Shown here piece after piece: positions 9,126-17,780 of a DNA stretch of 32,000 nt. The number at the start of each line of letters is the position of its first letter. Positions within the stretch are counted from its first letter, which is position 1. A program made the position numbers and the translations under genes. The stretch comes from Synechococcus elongatus PCC 6301 (GTDB lineage Bacteria > Cyanobacteriota > Cyanobacteriia > Synechococcales > Synechococcaceae): contig NC_006576.1 in NCBI RefSeq assembly GCF_000010065.1, positions 1,860,001-1,892,000 on the forward strand, in the 5' to 3' direction. The notes below the pieces were generated by a model. That model had not been told where the DNA came from. It saw only the letters and a program-made list of their open reading frames with translations, and did no database searches.

Positions 9126-9254
9126 CTTTTTTTGCGCATGAGTCTGCGCGATCGCGGCGAATGTGGCCCGAGTCACTTCCCAGAGCGGCCTCACTGCCCT
9201 CAACACTCCAAGTGGCAAGGCTATGCTGAAGCAAGACGCCCCAGAGCTGCTGGC

Positions 9255-9683
9255 ATGAGCACTGTTACTGATCTTCTCCAAAAAGCGGTCTACCTTGGCA
9301 TCGGGCTGGCTTCCTATGTGCCCGAGTTGGCGAAAAGCGAAAATCTCTCGGATCTGAGCGATCGCGTCCAAAAATTAGTCGATGACTTGGTCGCTCGGGG
9401 TGAAATGACCACGGAAGAAGCCAAGCATGCGGTTGAAGACTTGGTGAGACAAGCGCAAGGCTCTGTCAATGGTCCCGCTGGATCGCCCCCGCCTATCCCT
9501 CAGCCCATTCAGATCACGGTTGAGGAAGTCGAACCCGAGGCCAGTTCGAGCGCGGCCTCAACGCCTGCCGACAGTGCGCCATCTAACAATCCAGCTTCTG
9601 CTGCTGACGATCTGGAAAGTCTGCGTCAGCAAGTCAGTCAACTGCGAGAAGAATTGAACCGCCTCAATCAGAACAAAGGATAA
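9255..9683 (+). CDS. Phasin-like / COG3937-like small protein with an acidic Pro/Ser/Ala-rich linker and a C-terminal coiled coil
   Basis: The ATG at 9255 gives MSTVTDLLQKAVYLGIGLASYVPELAKS...LVDDLVARGEMTTEEAKHAVEDLV. This resembles the phasin-family N-terminal helix pattern. The C-terminus is LESLRQQVSQLREELNRLNQ. The upstream 53 codons of the track ORF overlap the SRP RNA terminator region and look non-coding. Confidence 0.65.
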   Translation: MSTVTDLLQKAVYLGIGLASYVPELAKSENLSDLSDRVQKLVDDLVARGEMTTEEAKHAVEDLVRQAQGSVNGPAGSPPPIPQPIQITVEEVEPEASSSAASTPADSAPSNNPASAADDLESLRQQVSQLREELNRLNQNKG

Positions 9684-10459
9684 AAATGCCCAAGCGGGCC
9701 TTGTCCTTGACCGATCGCGAGGCTGTGGCGGAGTGCTTTGGTGACGTAGTGTTTTGCGGCTTGGGCAGCTGCTAGAATCTCAAGCCCCAGCGCAGCATTG
9801 GCGGCGATCGCGGCGGCTAAAGTGCAGCCACTGCCGTGGGTATGGGGTGTGGCGATCGCTTCCGTCTTTAGGATGTGGGATCGTTGGCCATCCCACCACC
9901 AATCGACGCCGTGCCAGTCGCCGGTCGCTGCTCCACCTTTGATCAGCACGGCTTGCGGTCCAAGGTCTCGGATGATCCGTGCGGCGCGATCGAGATCAGC
10001 AGCGTCTTGGATGTCCATCCCGGCTAGTAGCTGAGCTTCGTAGCGATTAGGGGTCAAGACGGTTGCCAGCGGCAAGAGGTGATCGCGGAGGACAGCGATC
10101 GCAGCCTGATCGATCAGCACTGCACCCGTGCGCGACACCATGACGGGATCGATGATCCGAGGAATGAAGAGTGGTGCGATTGTCCCAGCAACCACTTCCA
10201 TAATTTCGGCATTGAGCAGCATGCCGGTTTTCAAGGCTTGGGGCGGCAAATCAGAAAGCACCGCATCGAGCTGCGCCGCCACACCTGCCGGTGCGATCGC
10301 ATCGACTCGAGTCACGCCTAGCGTGTTCTGGGCCGTCACACAGGTAATCGCACAGGTGCCGTGCACTTGATGGAAGGCAAAAGTCCGTAGATCGGCTTGA
10401 ATGCCAGCTCCACCGCCGCTATCAGATCCGGCAATGGTCAGGGCGATCGGAACAGCCAC
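9668..10459 (-). CDS. thiD: Hydroxymethylpyrimidine/phosphomethylpyrimidine kinase (thiamine biosynthesis)
   Basis: 263 aa with LTIAGSDSGGGAGIQADLRTF at the N-terminus and a C-terminal GSGCTLAAAIAA motif. The GTG start at 10459 is the only plausible start before the conserved domain. Confidence 0.92.
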   Translation of the reverse strand: MAVPIALTIAGSDSGGGAGIQADLRTFAFHQVHGTCAITCVTAQNTLGVTRVDAIAPAGVAAQLDAVLSDLPPQALKTGMLLNAEIMEVVAGTIAPLFIPRIIDPVMVSRTGAVLIDQAAIAVLRDHLLPLATVLTPNRYEAQLLAGMDIQDAADLDRAARIIRDLGPQAVLIKGGAATGDWHGVDWWWDGQRSHILKTEAIATPHTHGSGCTLAAAIAANAALGLEILAAAQAAKHYVTKALRHSLAIGQGQGPLGHFYPLF

Positions 10460-11640
10460 TAGGGTCGGTTTTGAATTTTCCGTTGTAGGAAGGCCGGAAT
10501 GTCGAGGCCGCCGCCGCTCGCCGGTGGGGCACTAGCTGGGTTGGGACTCACGCTGGGTTGGCTGGTCGGCTGGGACGTGCTGGTGGAAATCGTGTTGAGG
10601 TTGGGGCGATCGGTGCTGAAGCCCGTGGCGATCACGGTGATCCGCAGCTCTCCTTCCAATCGATCGTCAATCACGGCGCCGAAAATGATATTGGCTTCAG
10701 GATCGACGACTTCGTAAATCGCATCCGCTGCTGCGTTGACCTCATGCAGGGTCATATCGCGGCCGCCTGTGATGTTGAAGACAACGCCGCGCGCCCCTTC
10801 GATCGAAGACTCCAGCAGCGGTGAGCTAATGGCTGCATGAGCGGCTTCCCGAGCGCGGGACTTGCCAGAGCCGCTACCGATGCCCATCAGGGCTGATCCA
10901 GCATCGGCCATGACGGCGCGAACGTCGGCAAAGTCGACGTTGACCAGACCTGGGATCGTGATGATGTCAGAAATCCCTTGCACACCCTGCCGGAGAATAT
11001 CGTCGGCGACCCGGAAAGCTTCTTGAATCGGCGTCTGCTCAGATATGGCGTGGAGTAGGCGGTCATTAGGAATAGTGATCAAAGTGTCGACTGAGCTTTG
11101 CAGTGCGGCTGTTCCTTCTTCCGCCTGCTTCATTCGGCGACGCCCTTCGAAGGTGAAGGGTTTGGTGACAATCCCAACCGTCAGCGCACCCACTTCTTTG
11201 GCGACTTCTGCCACGATCGGGGCAGCTCCAGTGCCGGTTCCACCGCCCATCCCCGCCGTGATAAAGACGAGGTCAGCCCCTTCCAAGGCGGCGATTAGTT
11301 CTTCCCGCGATTCTTCAGCGGCTTTCATGCCGATCGCAGGGTTGCCACCTGCGCCTAGCCCTCGCGTTAGTTTCTGTCCCAACTGCATCCGCTTGGGGGC
11401 TGCAGAGTGGAGCAAAGCTTGAGCATCAGTGTTGAGGGCCCAAAATTCAACCCCGCTGACATCGCTGCTAATCATGCGGTTGACCCCGTTGCTGCCGCCA
11501 CCGCCAACGCCAATTACCTTGATGCGGGCAACGCTGCTGGGGATGATTAGTTCTTCTGGCTGCCCTAGTGCATCGAACCCCGACAGAGAGCCGTCACGGT
11601 TGAAGCCATAGGAATTGTTGATCGGCATAGGGTCGGTCAT
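10459..11640 (-). CDS. ftsZ: Cell division GTPase FtsZ
   Basis: 393 aa with the tubulin signature [10 protein letters not shown] and [17 protein letters not shown]. It has a Pro/Ser-rich linker and the conserved C-terminal peptide DIPAFLQRK. Confidence 0.98.
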   Translation of the reverse strand: MTDPMPINNSYGFNRDGSLSGFDALGQPEELIIPSSVARIKVIGVGGGGSNGVNRMISSDVSGVEFWALNTDAQALLHSAAPKRMQLGQKLTRGLGAGGNPAIGMKAAEESREELIAALEGADLVFITAGMGGGTGTGAAPIVAEVAKEVGALTVGIVTKPFTFEGRRRMKQAEEGTAALQSSVDTLITIPNDRLLHAISEQTPIQEAFRVADDILRQGVQGISDIITIPGLVNVDFADVRAVMADAGSALMGIGSGSGKSRAREAAHAAISSPLLESSIEGARGVVFNITGGRDMTLHEVNAAADAIYEVVDPEANIIFGAVIDDRLEGELRITVIATGFSTDRPNLNTISTSTSQPTSQPSVSPNPASAPPASGGGLDIPAFLQRKIQNRP

Positions 11641-11859
11641 GGGGGTGAGTAGTAGCAGCCAACCATGGGCTTGGACAAGCTCGGTTGAACGCTAGTTTAG
11701 GGCAGCAAACTAAAAACAAGAGAATTATTGACGCACTCTGTCGGGAAAGGCAACTACAACCAATGGTTAGCGATCGCAAAATGCCGTTCCAAGTCGCAAA
11801 ATTTGAGCGATTGCGGCTCATCCAAAAATACTAATTGCGGAACTAAAAACTCGATTGTC

Positions 11860-12708
11860 TTAGCGAGGGTTGGTTTGGAGCGATCGCGGTGGGGCTGAAG
11901 GCTTCATTTGCACGCGGGGTGTTGAAGGTTGGCGCAGATCGATGTAGGCGATCGCAGAGCGACTGGTTTTATCTGGAAGTTGTCGCAGGCGATCGAGCAT
12001 GGCAATTTGCTGGGGAAGTAACTCGGGATTGTAGGGGCCACAGTAAACCGGCCCAAGCTCGGTTTCCAAAATGATGTTGGCAGGATCGCGCCAATCGAGC
12101 CCTTGGATGCCAACCGGGCTGGTGCGCAACAGAGAATAGAGCCCAGGCCACAGCCGTTGATAGGGTTCGCGGTAGCCACGCACTTTGAGGGTGGTGGTGG
12201 GCAGGGTTGCCCCCAGCCGTTCGTAGGCGCTGAGCGGATGCCAAACGCCTTGGCGATCGAGAATGCCCCAGCGCTCCTGTGGCGGCTGATTGGGTTCGAC
12301 GACCACCCGCGAAGCCTGGGCAGTAGCGGTAATTTCTTGGACGGTGATGATTAGGCTGGCTGGCAGGAGACGGCGCTGAATTTGAACCGCTTGCAGAGGG
12401 GCGGCTTTCAGTAATTGTTGTTCTAAGCGTTGGGGCTGCAGCTGGAGCAGATTGAGGGGCATCTGCAGATTGAGGGTGGCCAAGAGGCGATCGCGGTTGA
12501 GGGTTTGCTGGCCTTGGATTTGAATGCGCCGTGGATCTTGGATGATCCAGAGCGGACGGGCCAGCACCCAGACCAAACCTGCGGCGATCGCTGTCACCCC
12601 CACAAAACGCCAGAAGCGCTGCAGCCGTTGTCGCCGTCTTTCCCAACGCTTTTGGCGACGGCGAGCGGCTAACGAAGCCGGAGAAGCAACTTCGGGCAAG
12701 TCGGCCAT
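11860..12708 (-). CDS. ftsQ: Cell division protein FtsQ (POTRA domain)
   Basis: Arg-rich cytoplasmic N-terminus, a single TM helix (FVGVTAIAAGLVWVL) and a POTRA-like segment (IQIQGQQTLNRDRLLATLNL...IITVQE). It lies immediately upstream of ftsZ. I prefer the ATG at 12708 to the GTG at 12714. Confidence 0.85.
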   Translation of the reverse strand: MADLPEVASPASLAARRRQKRWERRRQRLQRFWRFVGVTAIAAGLVWVLARPLWIIQDPRRIQIQGQQTLNRDRLLATLNLQMPLNLLQLQPQRLEQQLLKAAPLQAVQIQRRLLPASLIITVQEITATAQASRVVVEPNQPPQERWGILDRQGVWHPLSAYERLGATLPTTTLKVRGYREPYQRLWPGLYSLLRTSPVGIQGLDWRDPANIILETELGPVYCGPYNPELLPQQIAMLDRLRQLPDKTSRSAIAYIDLRQPSTPRVQMKPSAPPRSLQTNPR

Positions 12709-12732
12709 CACCACACTACGGACAAAGGACGG

Positions 12733-13143
12733 TTAGGCGCTGAGGCCCAGACGTTGATTCAGAAATTGACGCCACTTCAGTGCGAGACTCGCCTCGGTAA
12801 AGGGAATGGCAATTTGGCGATCGCGCAGTTCCAGCAAGAGATCCGCCGAGCCATTGACCGATGCCTCAGGATCAGACAACAACTGATTTTGCTGTTGCAC
12901 CTGAATCCGTTGCAGCGTTCCCAAATCGATCGTTTCCAGAAAGACGGGCCCTTGTCGGCTGGGTTTACCCCAGACCAAATCGGAACCACGAACTCCTAGA
13001 ACAGCACGCACATCATACTTGGCGGTTTCAAAGTCGGCAGCCCAAACTTTGTAGGACTCCAGCTTCTGATATTCATTCCAACCGGCCCAAGCCAAGCCGG
13101 TGAACAGCACTAGCAGCGGCAACCAGAGCAACCCATGCAGCAT
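12733..13143 (-). CDS. Hypothetical N-terminally membrane-anchored protein (136 aa) within the ddl-ftsQ-ftsZ cluster
   Basis: Clean ORF. The ATG lies 3 nt after the ddl stop, and the stop lies 24 nt before the ftsQ start. One N-terminal TM helix (LLWLPLLVLFTGLAWAGW) precedes a soluble domain. I recognise no family. Confidence 0.7.
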   Translation of the reverse strand: MLHGLLWLPLLVLFTGLAWAGWNEYQKLESYKVWAADFETAKYDVRAVLGVRGSDLVWGKPSRQGPVFLETIDLGTLQRIQVQQQNQLLSDPEASVNGSADLLLELRDRQIAIPFTEASLALKWRQFLNQRLGLSA

Positions 13144-13146
13144 GGC

Positions 13147-14190
13147 CTAGCGCTCCAGAGCCAGTTGAATCAGCCGATGGACAAGATCGGGGAAGGCCAC
13201 GCCACTCGCTGCCCAGAGCTGGGGATACATACTCAAAGCTGTGAAGCCCGGCAGAGTGTTGATTTCGTTGATGAAAATTTGACCTTGGCTATCCAAGAAA
13301 AAATCCAAGCGACTGAGGCCAGATGCATCGACGGCTTGGAAGGCGGCGATCGCGAGTTCTTGCAGTTTCTGCTGCAATTCCGCCGAAAGTTGCGCGGGGA
13401 TCAACAGTTGCGCCTTGCCATCGGTGTACTTGGTTTCGTAGTCGTAGAAATCGCTGTCGTAGGTGATTTCGCCCAGAATTGAGGCTTGGGGATAGTCGTT
13501 GCCGAGCACAGCGCATTCGACTTCGCGAGGATTGTCGATCGCAGCTTCGATAATTAAACGGCGATCGAGGGCAGCAGCTTGATCGAGGGCGGCTTCCAGT
13601 TCAGCGCGATCGCGGACTTTGGCGATCCCAACCGACGATCCCAGGTTGGCGGGCTTCACAAAACAGGGATAGCCCAGCTCCGTTTCAATCTGCTCCAGCA
13701 AACTTGTGTAGCGGCAGGGATCCGAGAAGACTTGACTGCGATTGACGGCAACGTAGGCGACTTGCGGCAAACTCGCTTGGGCAAAAGCCTGTTTCATAGC
13801 GATCTTGTCCATGCCCAAGGCTGACCCGAGAACGCCAGATCCGACAAAGGGACGCTGCATCAGGGTCAGCAGCCCTTGAATCGTGCCATCTTCACCGTTG
13901 GGGCCGTGCAGGATCGGGAACCAGACTTCGACGTCGCGGCAGTCTGCTGGAAATTGCCAGCGATCGCTCGGTTCCTCAACGAAGAGTGGCTTTTGGTTGG
14001 CTAAGACTTGGGCTGCGGTTTCACCACTGTGCCAGCCGCCTTCTTTGTCGATGTAGAAGGGCAGGACTTGGTAGCGATCGCGATTGCTGGGATCAGCCAG
14101 AGCAGAGGCGATCGCCGCCGCCGAGCGGATCGAGACTTCATGTTCGCCTGATCGCCCGCCAAACAATAACCCGACCTTTTGTGCTGCCAC
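13147..14190 (-). CDS. ddl: D-alanine--D-alanine ligase
   Basis: 347 aa with [18 protein letters not shown] at the N-terminus and an ATP-grasp body ([26 protein letters not shown]). GTG start at 14190. Confidence 0.95.
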   Translation of the reverse strand: MAAQKVGLLFGGRSGEHEVSIRSAAAIASALADPSNRDRYQVLPFYIDKEGGWHSGETAAQVLANQKPLFVEEPSDRWQFPADCRDVEVWFPILHGPNGEDGTIQGLLTLMQRPFVGSGVLGSALGMDKIAMKQAFAQASLPQVAYVAVNRSQVFSDPCRYTSLLEQIETELGYPCFVKPANLGSSVGIAKVRDRAELEAALDQAAALDRRLIIEAAIDNPREVECAVLGNDYPQASILGEITYDSDFYDYETKYTDGKAQLLIPAQLSAELQQKLQELAIAAFQAVDASGLSRLDFFLDSQGQIFINEINTLPGFTALSMYPQLWAASGVAFPDLVHRLIQLALER

Positions 14191-14221
14191 GCTGGGCGTC
14201 CTCCCTGATCGCAGCGTTACT

Positions 14222-15580
14222 TTAGCACCCAGCCGCCACGGGGCTGAGAATCTGTCCAGTCAGGCTAAAGGCGCGGGTTTCCGTGATCCGTACCGGCACC
14301 AGTTGCCCTTCGAGTTGCGCGATCGTGCCATCGCAGAAGACAAGGCGATTGGTGCGCGTCCGACCCATCACCTGCTGAGGATTGCGGGGATTGGTCGCCT
14401 CGATCAGCACTTCTTCGGTGCGACCCAAATAGCGCTGCGAGCGATCGGCAGCCATTTGCGCCACTAAGTGATTGAGGCGTTGCAGGCGATCCTGTTTGAC
14501 CTCTTCCGACAGTTGATTGGGCGCATTGGCTGCTGGCGTGCCAGGACGGGGCGAATAAGCCGCCGTGTTGACCAGATCAAAACCAACCTGCTCAACCAGT
14601 TTCAGCGTGTTCTCAAATTGTTCTTCTGTTTCACCTGGGAAGGCCACGATCGCATCCGCACTGATCGCCGCATCGGGGATGATGTCGCGGATCTGCTCCA
14701 CGATCCGCAGGTAGCGCTCAACGGTATAGCCCCGTGCCATCGCCTTCAGCACGTCGTTGTCGCCTGACTGGAAGGGAATGTGGAAGTATTCGCAGACTTT
14801 CGGTAACTCGGCACAGGCGCGAATCAGTCGCTCCGTGAAATAGCGCGGGTGGCTAGTAGCAAAGCGAATCCGCTCGATCCCCGGCACATCGTGGATGGTG
14901 TAGAGCAAGTCCGTCAGGGTGTGCAGGTGGCGACCTTCGGGAGTACTGCCCGGCAGATCACGGCCGTAGGCATCAATGTTTTGACCGAGCAGCGTAATTT
15001 CGCGGTAGCCCTGCGCGGCTAGCTGCTCAATTTCAGCGCGGATCGCCGCCGGTTCCCGCGATTGCTCGCGACCGCGAACGTTGGGCACCACGCAGTAGGT
15101 GCAGCGTTCGTTGCAGCCGTAGATGACGTTCACCCAAGCGGTGATGGTGCTATCGCGGCGCGGCTGGGTAATATCTTCAGCAATTTCCACTTCTTCCGTG
15201 GCGACGACTTGACTGCCCGCTTCCACCTGAGCTAGCAAATCGGCGAGGCGATTGGCATGTTGCGGCCCCATCACCAAGTCCAGTTCTGGCACCCGCCGCA
15301 GTAGCGACTCGCCCTCTTGCTGCGCCACACAGCCCGCCACAATCAGCGTTAGATCCGGCTGCTGGCGTTTGCGTTCGGCCTGGCGACCGAGGTAGGAGTA
15401 GACCTTTTGCTCGGCGTTGTCGCGAATCGTGCAGGTGTTGTAGAGCACCAGGTCCGCGTCGTTGGCCTCCTCGCTCCAGATGTAGCCCAAATCCTCGAGG
15501 ATGCCAGCCATCCGCTCCGAGTCGGCTTTGTTCATTTGGCAGCCGAAGGTGGTGATGTGGTAGCGCCGAGGCGTGGACAT
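14222..15580 (-). CDS. miaB: tRNA (i6A37) methylthiotransferase MiaB
   Basis: UPF0004 N-terminal domain ([16 protein letters not shown]), radical SAM motif [12 protein letters not shown] and a C-terminal TRAM domain. The ATG at 15580 ([17 protein letters not shown]) is preferred to the TTG at 15604. Confidence 0.95.
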   Translation of the reverse strand: MSTPRRYHITTFGCQMNKADSERMAGILEDLGYIWSEEANDADLVLYNTCTIRDNAEQKVYSYLGRQAERKRQQPDLTLIVAGCVAQQEGESLLRRVPELDLVMGPQHANRLADLLAQVEAGSQVVATEEVEIAEDITQPRRDSTITAWVNVIYGCNERCTYCVVPNVRGREQSREPAAIRAEIEQLAAQGYREITLLGQNIDAYGRDLPGSTPEGRHLHTLTDLLYTIHDVPGIERIRFATSHPRYFTERLIRACAELPKVCEYFHIPFQSGDNDVLKAMARGYTVERYLRIVEQIRDIIPDAAISADAIVAFPGETEEQFENTLKLVEQVGFDLVNTAAYSPRPGTPAANAPNQLSEEVKQDRLQRLNHLVAQMAADRSQRYLGRTEEVLIEATNPRNPQQVMGRTRTNRLVFCDGTIAQLEGQLVPVRITETRAFSLTGQILSPVAAGC

Positions 15581-15604
15581 GGCAGTGACGGCCGCAGGAA
15601 ACAA

Positions 15605-15628
15605 ACCTTTATTCTAAAGGTCACCTTT
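15605..15628. promoter_or_regulatory. Three-arm inverted repeat (ACCTTTA-ttc-TAAAGGT-c-ACCTTT) in the divergent miaB / epimerase promoter region
   Basis: Read directly from the sequence. Bases 15605-15611 are the reverse complement of 15615-15621, and 15616-15621 are the reverse complement of 15623-15628. The repeat sits in the 73-bp gap between two divergent starts (15580 and 15654). Confidence 0.4.
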
Positions 15629-15653
15629 CGACCCCGCGCAGTCGGGCGATCGC

Positions 15654-16688
15654 GTGCAACTTTCGTTTGAGCCGTTCACTGTTCACAAACGCTTTGCGCT
15701 GCGAATTAGTCGTGGCAGTACGCAGGCGACGACCAATCTCTGGGTGCGCCTCCAGCAGGATGGCCTTGAAGGCTGGGGTGAAGCCTCGCCCTTTTCGACT
15801 GGTCAGCAGTCACAGACCACGGAATTGCTCAGTGAAGCGCTGACTACGATCGCTCCGGCTCTGGTGCATCTCGATCCCTGGAATCATCAGCAGTTTGAGG
15901 ATCTGACGCGATCGCTGCCTTCCGCCGCTAGAGCTGCTCTCGATTTAGCGATATGGGATTGGCGCGGTAAAGCGCTGGGGCAGCCACTCTGGAAACTGTG
16001 GGGACTCGCTCGCGATCGCTGTCCGGTCACGTCCGTCACGATCGGTATTAGTTCACCGCAAGCAGGACAGGAACGTCTTGCCGCTTGGCGAGAACTATTC
16101 GAGCCAGCGCTAATCAAGGTTAAGCTGGGTAGTCCCGAAGGCGTTGAAGCCGATCGCGTCCTGCTCAATGCTCTGAAAGAAGTGGCGCCGACCACACCTT
16201 TTAGTGTCGATGCTAATGGCGGCTGGGATGTGGCAACCACGCGATCGCTGGCGGATTGGTTAGTTGAGTCCGGTGTTATTTACTTGGAGCAACCGCTCGC
16301 AAAGGGTCAGGAAGCGGATCTGCTACAGCTGCGCGATCTACCACTGCCGGTCTTCGTCGATGAAAGTGCTTGGACGAGTCAGGATGTGGCGGCCTTGAGC
16401 GATCGCGTTGATGGGATCAATCTCAAATTGTTGAAAACTGGCGGCCTCACAGAAGCGCTGCGAGCCATTCATACAGCGCGCGCACATGGCCTGCAGTTGA
16501 TGCTGGGCTGCTATTCCGACAGCAGTTTGCTCAATAGTGCGGCGGCGCAGTTGGGGCCGCTGGTCGATTACCTCGACCTCGACAGTCACCTGAATTTACT
16601 GGACGATCCGTTCAACGGTGCCACAATCGCAGCGGGGCGGTTAGTCCCTAGCGATCGCCCCGGTCTGGGTGTCCTTCGGCAAGAGTAA
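15654..16688 (+). CDS. Enolase-superfamily (MLE subgroup) dipeptide epimerase-like enzyme, usually annotated L-Ala-D/L-Glu epimerase
   Basis: 344 aa with the KxK motif (IKVKLG), metal ligands in DANGGW / VDES, and a second catalytic Lys in INLKLLKTGG. GTG start. Confidence 0.85.
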   Translation: MQLSFEPFTVHKRFALRISRGSTQATTNLWVRLQQDGLEGWGEASPFSTGQQSQTTELLSEALTTIAPALVHLDPWNHQQFEDLTRSLPSAARAALDLAIWDWRGKALGQPLWKLWGLARDRCPVTSVTIGISSPQAGQERLAAWRELFEPALIKVKLGSPEGVEADRVLLNALKEVAPTTPFSVDANGGWDVATTRSLADWLVESGVIYLEQPLAKGQEADLLQLRDLPLPVFVDESAWTSQDVAALSDRVDGINLKLLKTGGLTEALRAIHTARAHGLQLMLGCYSDSSLLNSAAAQLGPLVDYLDLDSHLNLLDDPFNGATIAAGRLVPSDRPGLGVLRQE

Positions 16689-16690
16689 CC

Positions 16691-17740
16691 ATGCTGCAAC
16701 CCGAGCATCGACTAGCAGTGCTGCTACATGGCGGCATTCTGGGGGACAGTGGTAAAACGGGGCTGACCCTGCTGCGCTACCGTCAGGGCGCGATCGCAGC
16801 GGTGATTGATCACGAGACGGCGGGACAGGATTTCCAACAACTGACGGGTATTGCGCGATCGCTGCCGATCTATGGATCTGTGGCAGAGGCGATCGCAGCG
16901 ACGGAAATTGATGTCCTCGCGATCGGGATTGCCCCATCCGGTGGCAAGCTTCCAGAGGCCTGGCTGGCAGAAATTGATCAGGCCGTACAAGCCGGTCTAT
17001 CGATCGCCAATGGACTACATACGCCACTACTGCTGCGCTATCAAGCACAACTGCAGCCCCAGCAATGGATTTGGGACATTCGCCAAGAACCAGCAGGGCT
17101 GGCGATCGGTGGCGGAAGAGCGCGATCGCTAACCGCTCAGCGCATTCTGACGGTTGGGACTGATATGAGCGTCGGTAAGATGTCCGCCACGCTCGAACTC
17201 GATCGCGCGGCTCAAGCAAAAGGACTGCGATCGGCTTTTGTTGGCACCGGACAAGCGGGCATTTTGATCAGCGGCCAAGGCGTGCCACTGGATGCGGTGC
17301 GTGTCGATTTTGCCTCTGGCGCGGTCGAGCAAGCAGTCCTGACAGCAGCAGAACAGGTGGATTATGTCTGGATAGAAGGCCAAGGCTCACTGCTCCATCC
17401 GGGTTCAACGGCAACGCTGCCCTTACTGCGTGGCAGTCAGCCAACTCATCTGGTGCTGGTGCATCGGCTGGGACAGACCCACAATCGCCACTTTCCCGAG
17501 TTCATAATTCCGCCTCTAACTGAAGTGATTCAGCTCTACGAATCGCTGGCGGCCGCATCTGGTATCTTCGGCAGACCCAAGGTTGCGGCGATCGCGCTCA
17601 ATGGGGGTCAGGCTAGTGATGAGACTGTTGCAGACGCTGCCGACCAGATCAGCCAAGAAACTGGCTTGCCCTGTACAGATGTGGTGCGGTTTGGTGCCGC
17701 AAACTTGTTGACGACAATCCTGGAGGCTCGTGACTCCTGA
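16691..17740 (+). CDS. DUF1611 family protein (DgcN-like putative D-glutamate N-acetyltransferase)
   Basis: 349 aa. The ATG lies 2 nt after the epimerase stop. Characteristic DUF1611 blocks are GKTGLTLLRY..AVID and VGTDMSVGKMSATLEL...FVGTGQAGILI...VPLDAVRVDFASGAVE. Confidence 0.85.
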   Translation: MLQPEHRLAVLLHGGILGDSGKTGLTLLRYRQGAIAAVIDHETAGQDFQQLTGIARSLPIYGSVAEAIAATEIDVLAIGIAPSGGKLPEAWLAEIDQAVQAGLSIANGLHTPLLLRYQAQLQPQQWIWDIRQEPAGLAIGGGRARSLTAQRILTVGTDMSVGKMSATLELDRAAQAKGLRSAFVGTGQAGILISGQGVPLDAVRVDFASGAVEQAVLTAAEQVDYVWIEGQGSLLHPGSTATLPLLRGSQPTHLVLVHRLGQTHNRHFPEFIIPPLTEVIQLYESLAAASGIFGRPKVAAIALNGGQASDETVADAADQISQETGLPCTDVVRFGAANLLTTILEARDS

Positions 17741-17780
17741 CCCGTACAATGACGCTGCAACATCAACCCCAATCTGATTG

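Noticed and set aside
9020-9229. 69-aa ORF, and the N-terminal 53 codons of the 195-aa ORF (9096-9254)
   Set aside because: They overlap the SRP RNA and its T-tract. The phasin-like protein has a natural ATG at 9255.
11969-12646. 225-aa minus-strand ORF in an alternative frame of ftsQ
   Set aside because: The translation is Pro/Arg/Ser/Ala-rich and low-complexity, with no TM or POTRA features. The ftsQ frame has the expected architecture.
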